Assembly: GCA_964106915.2 (NCBI GenBank)
Contig: OZ066919.1
DNA from: Podarcis gaigeae
Lineage: Eukaryota
Length of the DNA: 64,000 nt
Direction: 5' to 3' (one strand)
Shown here: positions 1 to 13,396 of the stretch, piece after piece
Numbering within the stretch: position 1 is the first letter of the stretch
How the letters are laid out: every line of letters starts with the position of its first letter
Notes under the pieces: model-generated
Database searches by the model: none
What the model was told of the DNA's origin: nothing
The model's input: the letters and a program-made list of their open reading frames with translations, nothing else
Made by a program: the position numbers and the translations under genes

Positions 1-59
1 AGGGCAAAGGGAAAACTACTCAGACCTATATGAACAAAATGGAAAAGTTTGAGCTTTGT

Positions 60-360
60 TTCTTTTCTTCCCCTCCCCCCTTTTCTTTAATTTATTTCAA
101 TCTGATATAAGATTACAAAAAAGACTTCTCAGAGACAATGTAATTACAATATATATTCCAGTATATTATAAATGTTAACCATTAATCAAACAGAGAGACA
201 TTTAGATGCAATACATTTCTCCTTTGGGATAGAGCATTGGTAGTTTATCAATTTCTGCTATGTTGAAGTCTGGCTTAAGCATTCTGGTGTAGAAAACAAC
301 GGCAGCATGTTTCCAGTATTTTGCAAGGATAATTGTTGCCACAAAATTTAAAAAATCAGT
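60..360 (-). mobile_element. Possible ancient L1-like LINE 3' fragment
   Basis: The reverse strand reads ...IILAKYWK-like residues followed by an A-rich tail; heavily degenerate. Confidence 0.3.
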
Positions 361-374
361 GATTTTAACAGCAA

Positions 375-1022
375 AAGGAGGACATGATTACATAAGGTGT
401 GGAGAAAGTGGATTGTTTTTTCCCTTTCTCATAATATTAGAAACTCAGGGCCATCTAAGAAAACAGAAAGTTGGAAGATTCAGGACAGTCAAAAGAAAGT
501 ACTTCACAGTTGACTATGGAACGTAGGGCTATCAAGGGTTCCTAGCCATAACAGCTATGTTCTGCCTCCATGGTGAAAGGCAATAATGATTCTGAGTACC
601 AGTTGCTGGAAGCCATGGGATGGGAGAGTGCCTTGATTGCTGGTTTCACACAACCATCTAGTTGGCCACTGTGAGAGCACAATGCTGGACTAGGTGGAAC
701 TGCTGGCCTGATCCAGAAGGATATTCTTAGGTTCGTGTGAATTGACTACCAAACAAGGTACACACTTTAAAAGAGCATTAGACAAATTCATGGGTGATAA
801 GTTTATCAACGGCTGCTAGCCCAAATGGCAATGTTCTGCTCCAACGTTTGAGACAACATGCCTCTGAATACCAGATGTTTGGAACTGAAAGTAGAGACAG
901 CGCTGTTGCACTCATGTCCTGCTTATGGGCTTTCCATGGGCATCTGTTTGACCGCTTTGAGAACAGGCTATTGAACTAGATGGGCCTTAGGCTTTATCCA
1001 GCAGAGCTCTGATTATGTTCTC
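375..1022 (+). mobile_element. Two tandem degenerate CR1-like LINE 3' fragments
   Basis: Segments ~520-730 and ~800-1020 resemble each other. Both end in CR1-type ...ctggactagatgg.cc.tggcctgatccagcagg.. motifs. Confidence 0.6.
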
Positions 1023-1159
1023 ATGAAAGGAATGGTTTTGTCCAAATTGCTAAACACAATTGTGTATGGGTTTATACCATTAGCTACCCCTGTCATTTGA
1101 TGGATTGCTCCCTGAATGTGGGTGAGAACCTCAATTCTAGTGCGCTGTCATTGTCTCAC

Positions 1160-1255
1160 CTGGGTAATGGGGAGGTGGGCTGCAAGTAAACATCACCCCC
1201 CAGCCCTCTGTAACCCTCACGGGGTCTCGCTCTTCTGTAGAGAATTCCTGCAAAA
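1160..1255 (-). CDS. CNTN2: Contactin-2 coding exon (start of Ig2)
   Basis: 96 nt, gtttag|TT TTG CAG...CCA G|gtgaga. Encodes (F)[31 protein letters not shown]; phases are consistent with the previous exon. Confidence 0.96.
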
Positions 1256-2134
1256 CTAAACACAAGAAATGAGTGGAGGTGATGAAACATGAGCTATGGA
1301 AGCCTAACAATCTTACAAATTAGATCTTTCTCTGCTCAGAGAGAAATGATGCTAGTTACAGGCAATCATGCTTCCATCATATCAAAGGGAAATTAAATTG
1401 AGAGAGTAACGGCAGATGGCATCAGCAACAGCACTCAGAAAATGTGCTGGGTATGAACTAGCTAAATCAATACTATCCCCACTGCAATTTCTATCTATCT
1501 ATCTTTTTCAAATGTATATTCAGCCATTTTGGTCATCAGTGGCTCCTAAAAATGGCTTACAAATTAAAAAAAATACACACAGAAAAGCAAAAACCCAAGA
1601 TTAAAACATGTGAACACCTCAACGGACAAACAATAAAACATCAGAGCAGCACCACCAAGTTAAACAAATTAGAAGGACTCAACCCCCTGTTATATGAAAG
1701 GAAATGCTTTTGCTATCTTTCAAAAAGCCCTTGGTAAATCTGTCTGCTAAACCACCCTGGGTAATCAATTTTACAGAGTGAGTGGCGCCACCAAAAAGAT
1801 CCTACCCCTCATGTCAGAAGTCTGAGGCATACGTAAAATTCATACAGAATATCATCTGATGACCTATGCAAATAGGAGGAGAGAATCCCTGAGGTAACAT
1901 GGAACTAGGGCTGAAAGGTTAAAAACACAACGCAGTTTTGTCTGGAAAGTAACAGGAAGCCAGAATCAGAAATAAGCTCCCGGCAGCTGGCGCTAGTTCA
2001 CAGCCAAGCTGCCCCAGAACAACCACATTTCCTAAACACTCTATTCAGCATTATGCATTCAGCAGTGATGGAACTTCTCACATCCACATACTCATCAAAA
2101 TAGCTCATGTCTTTAGCATCTTGGCTGAAGTCAC

Positions 2135-2135
<1 letters not shown>

Positions 2136-2194
<59 letters not shown>

Positions 2195-2310
2195 TTTATG
2201 CTCCACTCATTTACGCTCCCAATGGAATATTAAAAATACAATAGAACATCAAACATTAAAAACTTCCCTAAACAGGGTTGCCTTCAGATGTCTTCTAAAA
2301 GTTAGACAGT
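2136..2310 (-). mobile_element. L2-like LINE 3' end with (AAT)n tail (2136-2194)
   Basis: About 19 AAT units abut sequence that is the reverse-strand relative of the element at 12700-12842. Confidence 0.5.
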
Positions 2311-2886
2311 TGGTAAAAGTTCCCTTTATAAAACATACTTCAAGAACTTTAACCTGGTTATGCTTGGAGCTCTCACAACACCATCCTTCTCTTGCTCAGT
2401 AAAATGTTAGCCAGTTTGAATCCATGCTGGTGTCCAGCATTTGGCCCTCCTAAAATAGCTGTGATATACATGGGCCACCTCACTCTCCTTAGAGGGGCAA
2501 CGGTTCAGAACCATTATCCAAGTGCCTCAATTCCCACAGGACGATGAAAGGGACTGGGGTCCTCATTCATGTTCCCCCCTTTGTTTGTCCTCCACTGTCC
2601 TCATCTAAACACAGATCCCTTTGGGCAAATAGAAGGGATCATGCAGACCATTTGGGCACCCCGACCAGCTCCCTCAAGTCCCCAGCCTCCTCTATCACCC
2701 CCTCCCTCTGCTCAGCCTGCTCAACTTGTATGATTTCTGAGGGCACATGCCAACGTATTCAATTTATTGGAGCTTCACTTCCTCCCTGACTGTGATGCTG
2801 CTGGAGAACCATTGATGGCACATTGCTTGGCTCCCTTCTGTTTTATTCCTCTTTTGCACCAAATTGTCTTCAGAAAATCCACTTAC

Positions 2887-3062
2887 AGCCAAAGCGAATG
2901 GAAGCTTCTCTGCTGACTACTGTGCCCACCGAGTTGGATGCCACACACTGGTAGGACCCAGTGTCTTTGGCTTTCACTGGGTTGCTGATCACCAGGTTGC
3001 CCCCGTTCAACCTATAACGGGAATCTGGCTCTATTCTGATCTCTGTGCCATTCATCTTCCAC
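2887..3062 (-). CDS. CNTN2: Contactin-2 coding exon (rest of Ig1)
   Basis: 176 nt, tggcag|G TGG AAG...GGC T|gtaagt. Encodes [58 protein letters not shown], with the Ig DxGxYxC motif. Confidence 0.97.
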
Positions 3063-3681
3063 CTGCCAAGACAATGGTATTTGGTTGGAGTGGGGAAAGA
3101 ACAGAGTCATCACAGCTGCACATTAACATTGTCCTGAATAACAACACACACTGGCATTTATGATGTACACAAAAACCCTCAATAGGACCTATTGTAGGAC
3201 AGTGGCTGAATGGTGGGTGCTGTCTCAGTAGCTACAATGCCAGCCCAGTAATCAGGGGGAGAAATGGCTGCACTTTGTTGAATGCTAAAGAAAATCCAAA
3301 TCTCAATGATTATTCTAAGAGCCTTTAGGCTGTGTTTTATCTTACCAGGAAGCACATCACTCACCAGGGTTGGCCTCAACATCTCTGACTGGGTTTGTTT
3401 GATACTGCTATAAATTATTTAACTTTGCTCTGCAGGCCTTCCTGCTTTCCAGATCTAGTCTTCTGAAAAATGCTCTCTCAGTTTCCCCTATCCTGTTCAT
3501 GGATGCTTCCAGACAGGGACCCTTCAGCAGCGCCCAACCATTGCTCTTCTGCTTCCAGAGTGGAATAACAATGTTATTCCCAGACTTCTATAAGGAGCCC
3601 CACTTTCCCCAGCCCCAAACATTTGGAAGGGACACTTTGGAAGGGACATTGAGACCATCGTGTATTGGGAAAGGGTTAAAG

Positions 3682-3817
3682 CAGGCATAGGCAAACTCGG
3701 CGCTCCAGATGTTTTGGGACTACAACTCCCATTATCCCTAGCTAACAGAACCAGTGGTGAGGGATGATGGGAACTGTAGTCCCAAAACATCTGGAGGGCT
3801 GAGTTTGCCTATGCCTG
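3682..3817. mobile_element. 136-bp palindromic hAT-like MITE
   Basis: TIR caggcataggcaaact...agtttgcctatgcctg, perfect 8-bp TSD ggttaaag (3674-3681 / 3818-3825), near-complete internal palindrome. Confidence 0.9.
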
Positions 3818-4029
3818 GGTTAAAGACACCTTTCCCCTTCATTGCACTCTGAGTCATGATTCCAAACCCCAACTACAATTGGGGCGGGAAAGAAAAATAG
3901 CAGGTGTAAAGGAAGAAAGACTTAGAAAGGGAAGACTTGGAGTGGATTCATGGAGAGAAGAGACAGACCAGAGAGGGAAAATAACTACAGAGAGGGTGGG
4001 GAACCTATTTCAGCCTGAGAGCTCAGTTG

Positions 4030-4146
4030 GCCACCTAGTCCAACCCCCTGCAATGCAGGAATCCTCCCCACAGCTGTCCCCAGGTGGCCTCGAACCACCA
4101 ACCTTCCAATTAACAGCCAGACGCAGTGACCCATTGCACCACAGAT
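4030..4146 (-). mobile_element. tRNA-Asn-derived SINE with CR1-like tail
   Basis: Reverse strand ctgtggtgcaatgggtcactgcgtctggctgttaattggaaggttggtggttcgaggccacctggggac resembles tRNA-Asn(GTT), then continues into gggggttggactag. Confidence 0.7.
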
Positions 4147-4454
4147 GCACTAACAGAAGACGAATTATCTGCAATCTCGGCCCTGTGGTGCTTAGTACTA
4201 AAATCAGAGATCCCTTTGCCCAATGCTTCAGAGCATATCTCCAATCTAATGATTAGATTTTAATCACGAGAACTTAGTAGATGTGCCAACTGAGCCATTG
4301 GTCAAAGCAAGGCGGGTAATGGTAAGTCAGAAAATGACATGGAATGATTGGCAGGTGGGGAGGGCTTATTGGGACAGGCTTGGTTGGCCAGATTGAGGGA
4401 TGTGGTGGGCTACTTTAAGCTTTTGGACCAGAGGTCCCCACTGATGAGTTAGAG

Positions 4455-4590
4455 CAGGCTACTTCAAACTCGGCCCTCCAGATGTTTTTGGCCTACAACT
4501 CCCATGATCGCTACCTAGCAGGACCAGTGGTCAGGGATGATGGGAATTGTAGTCTCAAAACATCTGGGGGGGCTAGTTTGAGAAAGTCTG
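4455..4590. mobile_element. 136-bp palindromic hAT-like MITE (same family as 3682)
   Basis: Same internal palindrome as 3682; perfect 8-bp TSD agttagag (4447-4454 / 4591-4598). Confidence 0.88.
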
Positions 4591-4616
4591 AGTTAGAGCA
4601 ACCTACCCAGGCCAGA

Positions 4617-4980
4617 GGGACGCAGGTGGCGCTGTGGGCTAAAGCCTCAGCGCCTAGGACTTGCCGATCGAAAGGTCGGCGGTTCGAATCCCTGCGGCGG
4701 GGTGCGCTCCCGCTGTTCGGTCCCAGCGCCTGCCAACCTAGCAGTTCGAAAGCACCTCCGGGTGCAAGTAGATAAATAGGGACCGCTTACCAGCGGGAAG
4801 GTAAACGGCGTTTCCGTGTGCGGCTCTGGCTCGCCAGAGCAGCGATGTCACGCTGGCCACGTGACCCGGAAGTGTCTCCGGACAGCGCTGGCTCCTGGCC
4901 TCTTAAGTGAGATGGGCGCACAACACCAGAGTCTGTCAAGACTGGCCCGTACGGGCAGGGGTACCTTTACCTTTACCTTT
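4617..4980 (+). mobile_element. Full-length Sauria SINE (Squam1-type), young copy
   Basis: tRNA-like head with A/B boxes (ggtggcgctgtgg...ggttcgaatcc), (ACCTTT)n tail, TSD acccaggccaga on both sides, CpGs retained. Confidence 0.92.
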
Positions 4981-5426
4981 ACCCAGGCCAGAATAACTGT
5001 GCAATAGGCCATTTATGTTTGTTGAATTAAGCAATTATTCCACTGAGTGAAAAGACCCTCAGGTTTTCTGAACTCAAATGTGGGGAGGAAGCTGAGCAGG
5101 GAAATAATGAAACAGAGTTCAAACCAACATATTTAGTCTGCAATCCTATATTTACTTTCCAGAGAATCAGCCCCATTGAACTCTGCAGGACTTACTCTTG
5201 AATATAGGAGTTTAGAATCCCATGGACGTCCACTGGAGAGAGTTAGAATGCGCTCTTTTCCATTTAATTCAATGGGACATAAAATGCTTGCCTTTGGTCC
5301 CTGAGATGAATGGGCAGGACAGCAGGGTATGTGTGAATGCAAAACAACAAACCATTGCCATCCACTTGTGTATATCGCAGCCATAGGCTTTCCAACAAAA
5401 ACACTGCTATGATCACGTAACCTCAC

Positions 5427-5571
5427 CTATAGGTTGCAGGAGGGCTGGCTCGTGCTTGACAAACCAACAGTATTTGCTCCTCTGTTGATCCTTCTGGAAA
5501 GATGATGTTGCGTGGTTGTTCTTCAAAGATTGGCCCATAGTTTCTTAGAGTACTCTCTGCTGGCTGCAACA
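5427..5571 (-). CDS. CNTN2: Contactin-2 coding exon (start of Ig1)
   Basis: 145 nt, ttgcag|...TATAG|gtgagg. Encodes (V)[47 protein letters not shown](R), typical of axonin-1/TAG-1. Confidence 0.96.
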
Positions 5572-6347
5572 CTGCAAGAGAAGGTGAAAGAAATCTCAAA
5601 TGCTCAGACTGAGTACAGAACAAAAGCAGTAGGAAACACTTAGTCAAAATGACAGCTGCTGCGAACTCTCCAGCTTCAGCATTCCACTAAACCGAAAGAG
5701 GTGTTGTGATGCTCAAAACCCTTGCAAAACTGTATTTCAGCATCCTGCTTCCTCTGCTTTGTATTTCCTATCCTTCAGGACGATCACAGCAAGCACAGGC
5801 CCTTTGCATTGGTGGCCTCATGTTGACAGAACTCAACCTCAAAGGATGCACATAAGCTCTTTCCAAAGAGGCCTCCAGTAAGTTTTTATTTTGATCTGCT
5901 TTTTGTTAAAGACACTGGGGAAAGTTTTAAAAGGTTGCTGTTCTCAATGTCAAATAATGCTAAACTTCAATTTGTTTTCTCTGGATTGCTGAGTTGACCT
6001 GGAGGTATTATATACTGCTCTTTAATGCAACATTTCACGTGTTTTTTATATGTTATGTGGTTGTCATGATGCTGATGGTGCTGGCTGTGTATTACCTTAA
6101 GAGGGCTTTTGTTTTGAAAGGTGGCATAAAATTCTGAAATAAAATTAAATACTGAACTTTCCTGAATATTGAACTGACATAGATTAAATCAACCATTTAT
6201 AGTGATCCTAAGTTATCCACAATAACCATGTAAAAAATACAAAAATGCTGGCCAGTTGAGGTTCTTAGTTAGAGTTGCAAGATCTTCTTCCGAAGATGGG
6301 ACCCATGCCTATTTGCTGAGGCAAGATGCAAGAGCTTGTCTCAGGAT

Positions 6348-6545
6348 TGTCCGCAGCTCAGTGATAGAACATCTGTTTTGCACGGAGCAAGTCCCAGGTT
6401 CAATCCCTGGTATCTCCAGGCAGGGCCAGAAGATATTCCTACCCCAAACTCTGGAGTGCATCTGCTAGAAAGCTGAGATACACCTGAGCTAAATGGACCG
6501 ATGAACAAGATGGAGCCATGCTCTGACTTGGCACAAAGCACATTC
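6348..6545 (+). mobile_element. tRNA-derived SINE (relatives at 7612-7705 minus, 29658-29835, 54563-54620)
   Basis: Head agctcagtgatagaacatctgttttgca...ccaggttcaatccctgg followed by a shared body. Confidence 0.65.
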
Positions 6546-8098
6546 ATAAATTCCAGCTGCTGACACAACATTAGACTTGCTTCTGTGCACATCTGAATTT
6601 TCAGTTGCAAAGTCAGAAAGAAGCCAGGATTACCCATGACTGAGGTATAGGATGTGAGTTGCCTTTTCATATTATATCTGCCTTCGCTCATGTTAATTCT
6701 CCCCACCCACCAGTTTTTAGTAATCAAAATATATCACAAAAAGAAGCTGTTCATCCATCTTTGTTTCAATGTGAACGGTTATGACAGGCATATTGCTGCA
6801 TCACAAAGCTTTGCAGCTCCTCAAAACGAAATCTACTTCAGAACCGCCCAGCTTTCAATCATCAGCAAAGCTATAGTAGCAGGGCTGGGAAACAGAAACT
6901 CTGTGCTGCATTCCTGACTCATTGCCATTATCTTGAAAGCGCCTGTTCTGCCACTTGAAACCAATTCCCAACCCTAGCTAGTCTGTTTCATTATGTGATG
7001 AGATTAGAGCTCTATGAAGCCAGTAGGCTGGCGGGAGGCTCCCAAGTGGTTTAGAATGGAGTTAATCGCCATCCCACCAGTTAGTCCTCTCCCTCCTTTG
7101 TTGCCATGGACAGGATAGCATTGTTTCAAACTTGCCGTTCTCACAAGCACCATATTTTATGCAAGAGTGGCTTCCGACCGGGGGAAAGACCAGTAGAACA
7201 AAAGTTCAGGCTCACCAACCCCTTGACTTGGAGATCTCTTATTTTATATCTGGGCTGTTTCAGTTTATGCACAGGAAAGGGGGGGCACACTAACCTAGTT
7301 TCAGCAGCTGCCTAGACATTAGCCAATTATACATCGCAGCCACCTCATGCAGCGCTAGGCTAAGCCAGTTATTTTATTATGTGTAGCTAGCAGGGACCGA
7401 TCCACGTTGAGCCACATCTCCTGCTTTGCTTAAATGTTCCTTCCAGGCTTTGGGAAGTAAGGAGTTTATCCTTATGGGTTGGTCTTTCTAGAGTTGCTGC
7501 TGGGCTCACCACTTCAGAATAAAATAGTAGAAATATTATAAGATACCAGCATAGGAAATGATCTTATACTGAGTTTGATCACTGGGTCTGTCTAGCTTAG
7601 CAATGTCAACACTGACTGGCCGTGTCTCTCTACCTGGAGATGCCAGGAACTGAACCTGGGACCTTTGGCACGCAGAGTAGGTGCTCTACTGAGCTGTGTG
7701 GCTTCCTTGATATGGACACAGTGGCTAACAGATTCGGCGAGGTCTGCCATACTGCGCCTTGAGAAATACGCCCGCAGTTGAAAAACGAAGCAATGATATC
7801 TAAAACAAATCTCCTTTCTCCAGGCTGCCCTGCTCCTCACTCATCTATTTCTGTCATTTGTGAAATCTATTCTAGAAGGGGATGCTTCAAATAAACTCAC
7901 AGGAAAAGGCGGGAGAGGACATTATAGGAGGGTAAATGCCATGTGAATGCAGAACTGCTCCTATGACAAAATAAGACTGGGAGGGGAAGCCAATTTTAAG
8001 AAGGTGGAAGTGGAAAACTGCCCCTCGGCTTATCTCCCCACATTTCCCTCAGCAGAGAGCCAATACTAGAAGTAACTTCAGGAACAGGTCTTAGGGAG

Positions 8099-8321
8099 CA
8101 GTGCCAAATTAAACCTTGTGGGGGGGCCCCTAGGCAGTCAAAATATCAGGGGGGGAGGGGGCTCGATATGATGTAGGTTTCTGAGTCAATGGGGGTTTCT
8201 CTTCCAAATTCAAATTATTGCAAGATTATCAATATTATTTTGATCCGTTGTTGCGGGGCTCCTAAAAGGCATGGGGTCCATGGGCCAGTGCCTACTCTGC
8301 CTATTTGGTAATCCAGCGCTG
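8099..8321. mobile_element. hAT-like non-autonomous DNA transposon
   Basis: Perfect 8-bp TSD ttagggag (8091-8098 / 8322-8329); imperfect TIR cagtgccaaatta / taatccagcgctg. Confidence 0.75.
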
Positions 8322-8496
8322 TTAGGGAGAGGGAAAATGATGAAACAAGCTGTGGGATAGGGAGACTTCTCTAATTCTCACCCACACTCCTTTTCTGTGG
8401 TTAAAATTGGATCCACCCGCACCCTAGTCTTCCTATATTCTACATACAGGTGAAACCTACAGAACTGTCACCATCACGTCAAGTTTAATCCTAAGT

Positions 8497-8497
<1 letters not shown>

Positions 8498-8535
<38 letters not shown>

Positions 8536-8746
8536 ATTTACATTTGTATACCACCTTTATATTCCAAGGATTTCAAGGTGGTGTACATGGTTCCCCCCCT
8601 CCTCCCCTTTTCATCCTCACAACAACCTTGTGAGGTAGGTTAGGTTAAGAGATGGTGACTGGCCCAGTGAGCTTCATGACCAGGTGAGGATTCAAACCCT
8701 GGTCTCCCAGGTCACAGTCCAGCATTCTAACCATTACGTCACACCG
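8498..8746 (-). mobile_element. MIR-like / Squam3-like SINE with (AAT)n tail
   Basis: Reverse-strand tRNA head (ggttagaatgctggactgtgacctgggagaccagggtttgaatcc), core acctacctcacaaggttgttgtgaggat, and (ATT)n at 8498-8538. Confidence 0.75.
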
Positions 8747-11700
8747 TTGTCAGTTCCACATTCAATGCACATCTAAAGCACATGGCTTTCAACAAAGAGG
8801 TACCATAGTTTATCTCTCATAGACCTACAGTTCCCAGGATTACTCGAGGGAAAGCCATGTGCTTTGTGCATGTCGGTTGTGCTTTAATTGTATGGTGTGG
8901 GGTTTGTTGATTGTAGAGAAGACATCTGCAAGTATGCTAATAATGGGCTCCCCACGACCTTTTTTCTGTGGTGGTGGGGGTACTTCGGTAACATCCAAAC
9001 ATCCATGCACCACTTGTGCTGAGAACAAATAACACCGGATTAATTGAAACCGACAAAAAGATAAAACAATAATAGTGACCGAAAGGCTCATTTGCTCCTA
9101 CTTGAGCCTGGGAAGAGGTATGTTTATCCCGTCTCAGCTGGAAGTGGCTTTGTCCTTGACACTCACGGGGCAGCAGAACAATAAGGATGCAATATTGACT
9201 TAAGGAAGATTGTAATCTGCTAATGACATTCCAGTATCTAAAAGCAGATGTACTTAAAGCTCAGAGTCATCTGTGGGGCGGGTGGTAGCCGGGGAGGGGG
9301 GGTGGAAGGGCAGAAAGGGACAGGATTCACGGAGGGTACTCAAAACGCAATAAATAATTCATGATAATTGCAAGATATTTTACGTTCAAAAGCCCTGTTT
9401 GTTAAACCTCAAGCTCCTGGTTCCAAATATCAGGGGAGTGTGTGTGTGTGTTTTTTAAAAAAGAAGATTGCAGAAGCAAAACCTGGCTAATCTCCCATTT
9501 TAATTCTGCCCCAACTCTGCCTTCCTTGGCCATGTCCCCTGTTGCCCTCGTCATACGTCTGTGCAAGGGCCGTGGAGTACAAGCTGTCAGGTATTGATCT
9601 TGGAGCATGCAAGAAGATCGGCCAAGTCTGCCCACCTGAGATTTCAAGGTGTCTGGGTGAAACAACAATGTGTGATTCGAAAAGAAGGTGGGTGCCAGTG
9701 CGATGGAAGGGCAGCCTGTGTTTGCAAGACCCGCGACAGGTCCTAGGGGAGGAAATGCAGAGGCAACGTAATATAAAATTCTCATGGTCAGTGTGTTGCC
9801 TTTTCCAGTTATCACATCTACTGTGTGGACTGGAGCATGGCTGGAGCAGCCGTGCGTGAGCTACTGGAGGACCACATCATGCCACCAGTGGCAAAGAGAG
9901 AGAAAGGTTGATAGGACAGCCAGTACAAGAGATTGTGAAATCCTGTGCCATTCAGCAGTAGCTTGATGCGCAGTAAAAAAAAACCCCACAAAAAACACAA
10001 AAAACAACTACCCATTGTTTGTGTGCAAACCTTTAGTGGCTCATTCTTGTATATTATCAATGCACTATAAAGGCAGAACTGTAGAGACTGGGTGAAAAAC
10101 TGGCAACCCTACCAGCAGCCTGCTATTGGGGGAAGCAAAGCTGTAGCTCTGAGGAAGCTATATGAAGCTCTCTTCCTCTGAAAAGAAAGGGGCGCCATCA
10201 TTCATGCAGCAGCTCCATCACACTGATGTCTACCAGTTGGCTCTTTGTGGCTCAGACAGCATTTAGTACTCACAAGCAGATCCATTTTTTTGAAATATTG
10301 GATTATTCAAACCTATGTATAGCCTATGAAGTCAGAAATAACAGGCAGAATAAATGCAGCTACTGCTCAGACTGGCTTAAAGTTCCAAGATGAACACAAA
10401 GCAGTAAATACAGTGCTTAAGACTTATGCACCCTTACAAGGGAGTTAAGGGCCTTACTTCTGAGTAAACTCATTCAGAAGTGTGTTGTAAGACTGCACTC
10501 CTAAGCACACTGACTTGGGAGTAAGCACCATAGAATACAGTGCACTTTACCTCGGTGTAAACATACATAGGATTGTGCTGTATGCACCTGTCCTTTCCTG
10601 AATTTTGGCATATGAAAAGAGAAGGTAGACATGGCTTGTAAGAAAACCAGAACAGATCTAAAGAGAAGCTCTCACAATGATGGTCAAATCTTCAGCCAGT
10701 AACACTGTGATGTTTCTGAGGCTTCTTCTTCAGAGCTATTTCTAGACTCCCTTGAACAATTATCTTGCACTTGGTTTACCATAAAATCTTATCACTGCAT
10801 TACACAAGAGCTTCAGTCCTCCCTAGCCGAAGTTTGCCAGTATTGTACAACAAAACAGAGGCGTAAAGGATTTTGTCTAAGGTTTGCAACAATGCTTTCT
10901 AAAGCTCTAAACACAGAAGAACAGGCAAGCCTATCAATTTATAGTCACTATCAATTTATAGAACAATTCAACTCCTATTTCCTCAACTCTGGCTGTGTGA
11001 GAATTTGAGAGTGGGGAGGCAACTGGAGCTCCTTGTTTCACTGCACAAGGAAAACCTAGCCAAAATATTGGTTTTCCTTTCTTAAAAGGCAGTCTTAATT
11101 TGGGATACCAAGCTCTAGATATTTTCTCAAATATCGACGATAAATCTTAAGCCAACACCATTTTGGGATGAAGCCATTTCTGACCGTCTTTCATCCTGGT
11201 TCCTTGTTCATGCTCACAGTGAGAAATTTCCACCCATCCAGCCATCGTTATACTGATCTTTTTTGTCATATGTTAACAGCCATTAGGAAATGCTCCTGTA
11301 GGGCTTTGTAGATGACTTATTCCTTATGGTCTCTGCTTGAGCACATACAAGAAAGTCTTCTAAATTCAGCTGGTTAACAGCAAAACCTAGCGTTGCCTTG
11401 ATGTCGCCAACATATGTGGGTCAGACCAGTTTCCACGCAGGCTAATTGCCTCCTGAACTAGGCCAGCCACCTTCCCAAGAGACTCAGGCAACATTAAAAG
11501 GTAATTAGATATTTATAAAGGACATCGAAGCAGCCTCTCCCCAAGATGATGAATTAGCTCCAAGTCATTATCTAATTCTCAGCCATCTGAAATGAAAAGC
11601 CTTCCCACTGAGAGATCAACCTTTTAAAGTGTAGCCGGAGACATCTAAGAAACAGCAATAGTTTGGATGGAACGGAAAATGGAGATTTGTGCATTAAGGT

Positions 11701-12589
11701 GAAGGATGGACTGCCGCAGCAAATGGGTCAATGATAATGGCATAGAACCAGCCCAGTGAGCAAGAAGATGGTCCAGAGATGATGTTCAAATAGTAGGGGC
11801 GTGTTTTGGTTCTCTGTGTACCCCAAATTAAGAGGTGAATCGGTGTGATTCGGGGAAGGTCCCCACATTTCTGAGGCAAAAGTGCAGTTCCCAAGGTGCA
11901 TGAGGGATTTTCTAAGTTTCTGAGTTGCTCTGTGGCCTCAGCTCTCCAAAAATACACGGCTGGTTCCCTGCCTGGAGAAATAAAACTAAGCTTATTGGGG
12001 AAATGCCCAGAGCTCTAGAAGGGGATAAAGTGGAGAAATAATGGTTGGGGAATCTTTTGCTTGATGGACAGGGCTAGCTTTTAATCAGAGTGAATTGTTT
12101 TCCCAGGGCATGCCAATCACAGTGATTTGGAGCAACAATTAAAAACTGCATACCCACCAACATGTCAAGGCCAAAAACTGGGACTCACATGAGGTTTTAG
12201 GGTGCTGTGCAACCCCCCAAAACAGGGTGTCCCAATTTAATGGGGACAGTTGAGGGGTATGAAGATGCATTTGTCTTTCACGTGGATCTATGCCCTCCCT
12301 ATGCAAGTCAATGGAGATATCTCAAAGATCCATCATGGGGGCAGATGCTCACCCCCGGCATTGATTCTTGGGATAACAAGATTCTTGTTTGGGGCATGAA
12401 ACTTTCCCTATGCATATTTCCTGTCCCGTCCCTCCTGCCCTTCTCCTGTGCAAGACAATGCAAATATATTTCTATCTCGCAGGGAGACAAGGTTGTATCC
12501 CCCCGCCAACTGGGGAGGATAATGGCAAAAGCCTTGCCCTCAACATTGTTCCTTGGGTAACAGGGTCATAGCTCTCTCTCTCCCCCCCC

Positions 12590-12591
<2 letters not shown>

Positions 12592-12667
<76 letters not shown>
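12592..12667. repeat. Compound (GT)n(GA)n microsatellite
   Basis: Direct observation. Confidence 0.97.
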
Positions 12668-12669
<2 letters not shown>

Positions 12670-12699
12670 CTCATCCCAAAACAGTAAAGTTTGCCCTTG

Positions 12700-12842
12700 C
12701 AGGAGAAGCAGACGATAGCATGTCTACAAAGGGACGTTTTAAATGCTTGACATTTTACTGTGTCTTTATATTTTTTGGGAAGCTGCCCAGAGTGGGGCAA
12801 CCCAGGCAGATTGGTGGGGTATAACAACAACAACAGCAACAA
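12700..12842 (+). mobile_element. L2-like LINE 3' end with (CAA)n tail
   Basis: ...ggaagctgcccagagtggggcaacccag...gtggggtataacaacaacaac terminus. Confidence 0.5.
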
Positions 12843-13396
12843 TTTTCCCCTGTGGATTGGAACCTGGAGCACAGTTTTAAGCAAAGACAGGATAGAAACA
12901 GGTAAGAATTTTTAAAAATACACAGGCAAATTCTGGGGCCTGTGCATCCCCTATCACATACATTGAACATATTGTAAAATGCAACATGCCTTGGTTCGCT
13001 GGCTTGGTTCCCCTAATTCAGATGGGAACCCAGTGGCTATCAAATATTGTTGGGCTCCAATTCTCACCATCCCATCGATGATCAGGGATGATGGGAGCTG
13101 GAGCCCAGCAGTATCTGAAGGACTCTCGGCTCCCCACCTTTGCCCTAAGCAGTACATCAAGATGTCATTATCCACTTGCACAATAAACTCCACACTGCAA
13201 ATATATATAAACCAAATTACATTTACACAACATATATGGTCAACGATAGAATTCATGTTAGCAGATAATTCCATGTTCTGAATTTTAGTTGAGAGTATGA
13301 ACAGGATTGTTACTTCACTGGCGTTAGTCCAGTTAGTCTCCAGGCTCAGCCTAAAGCTGGTCCTGACCTTTGAGCCAAGATGGAGGAAGCTCTTAC

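Noticed and set aside
1240-1255. Alternative acceptor ttttgcag| 8 nt inside the CNTN2 exon
   Set aside because: It would shift the frame; the conserved GFLQEF sequence requires the upstream AG at 1256-1257.
4075-4146. tRNA-Asn gene
   Set aside because: Multiple stem mismatches and a SINE/CR1-like tail; it is a SINE head rather than a functional tRNA.
12954-13396. Remainder of the 165-aa ORF starting MGASVELV
   Set aside because: Only the first 55 nt are exonic. A strong donor at 13396 follows, and the rest is intron read-through that includes MITE sequence.
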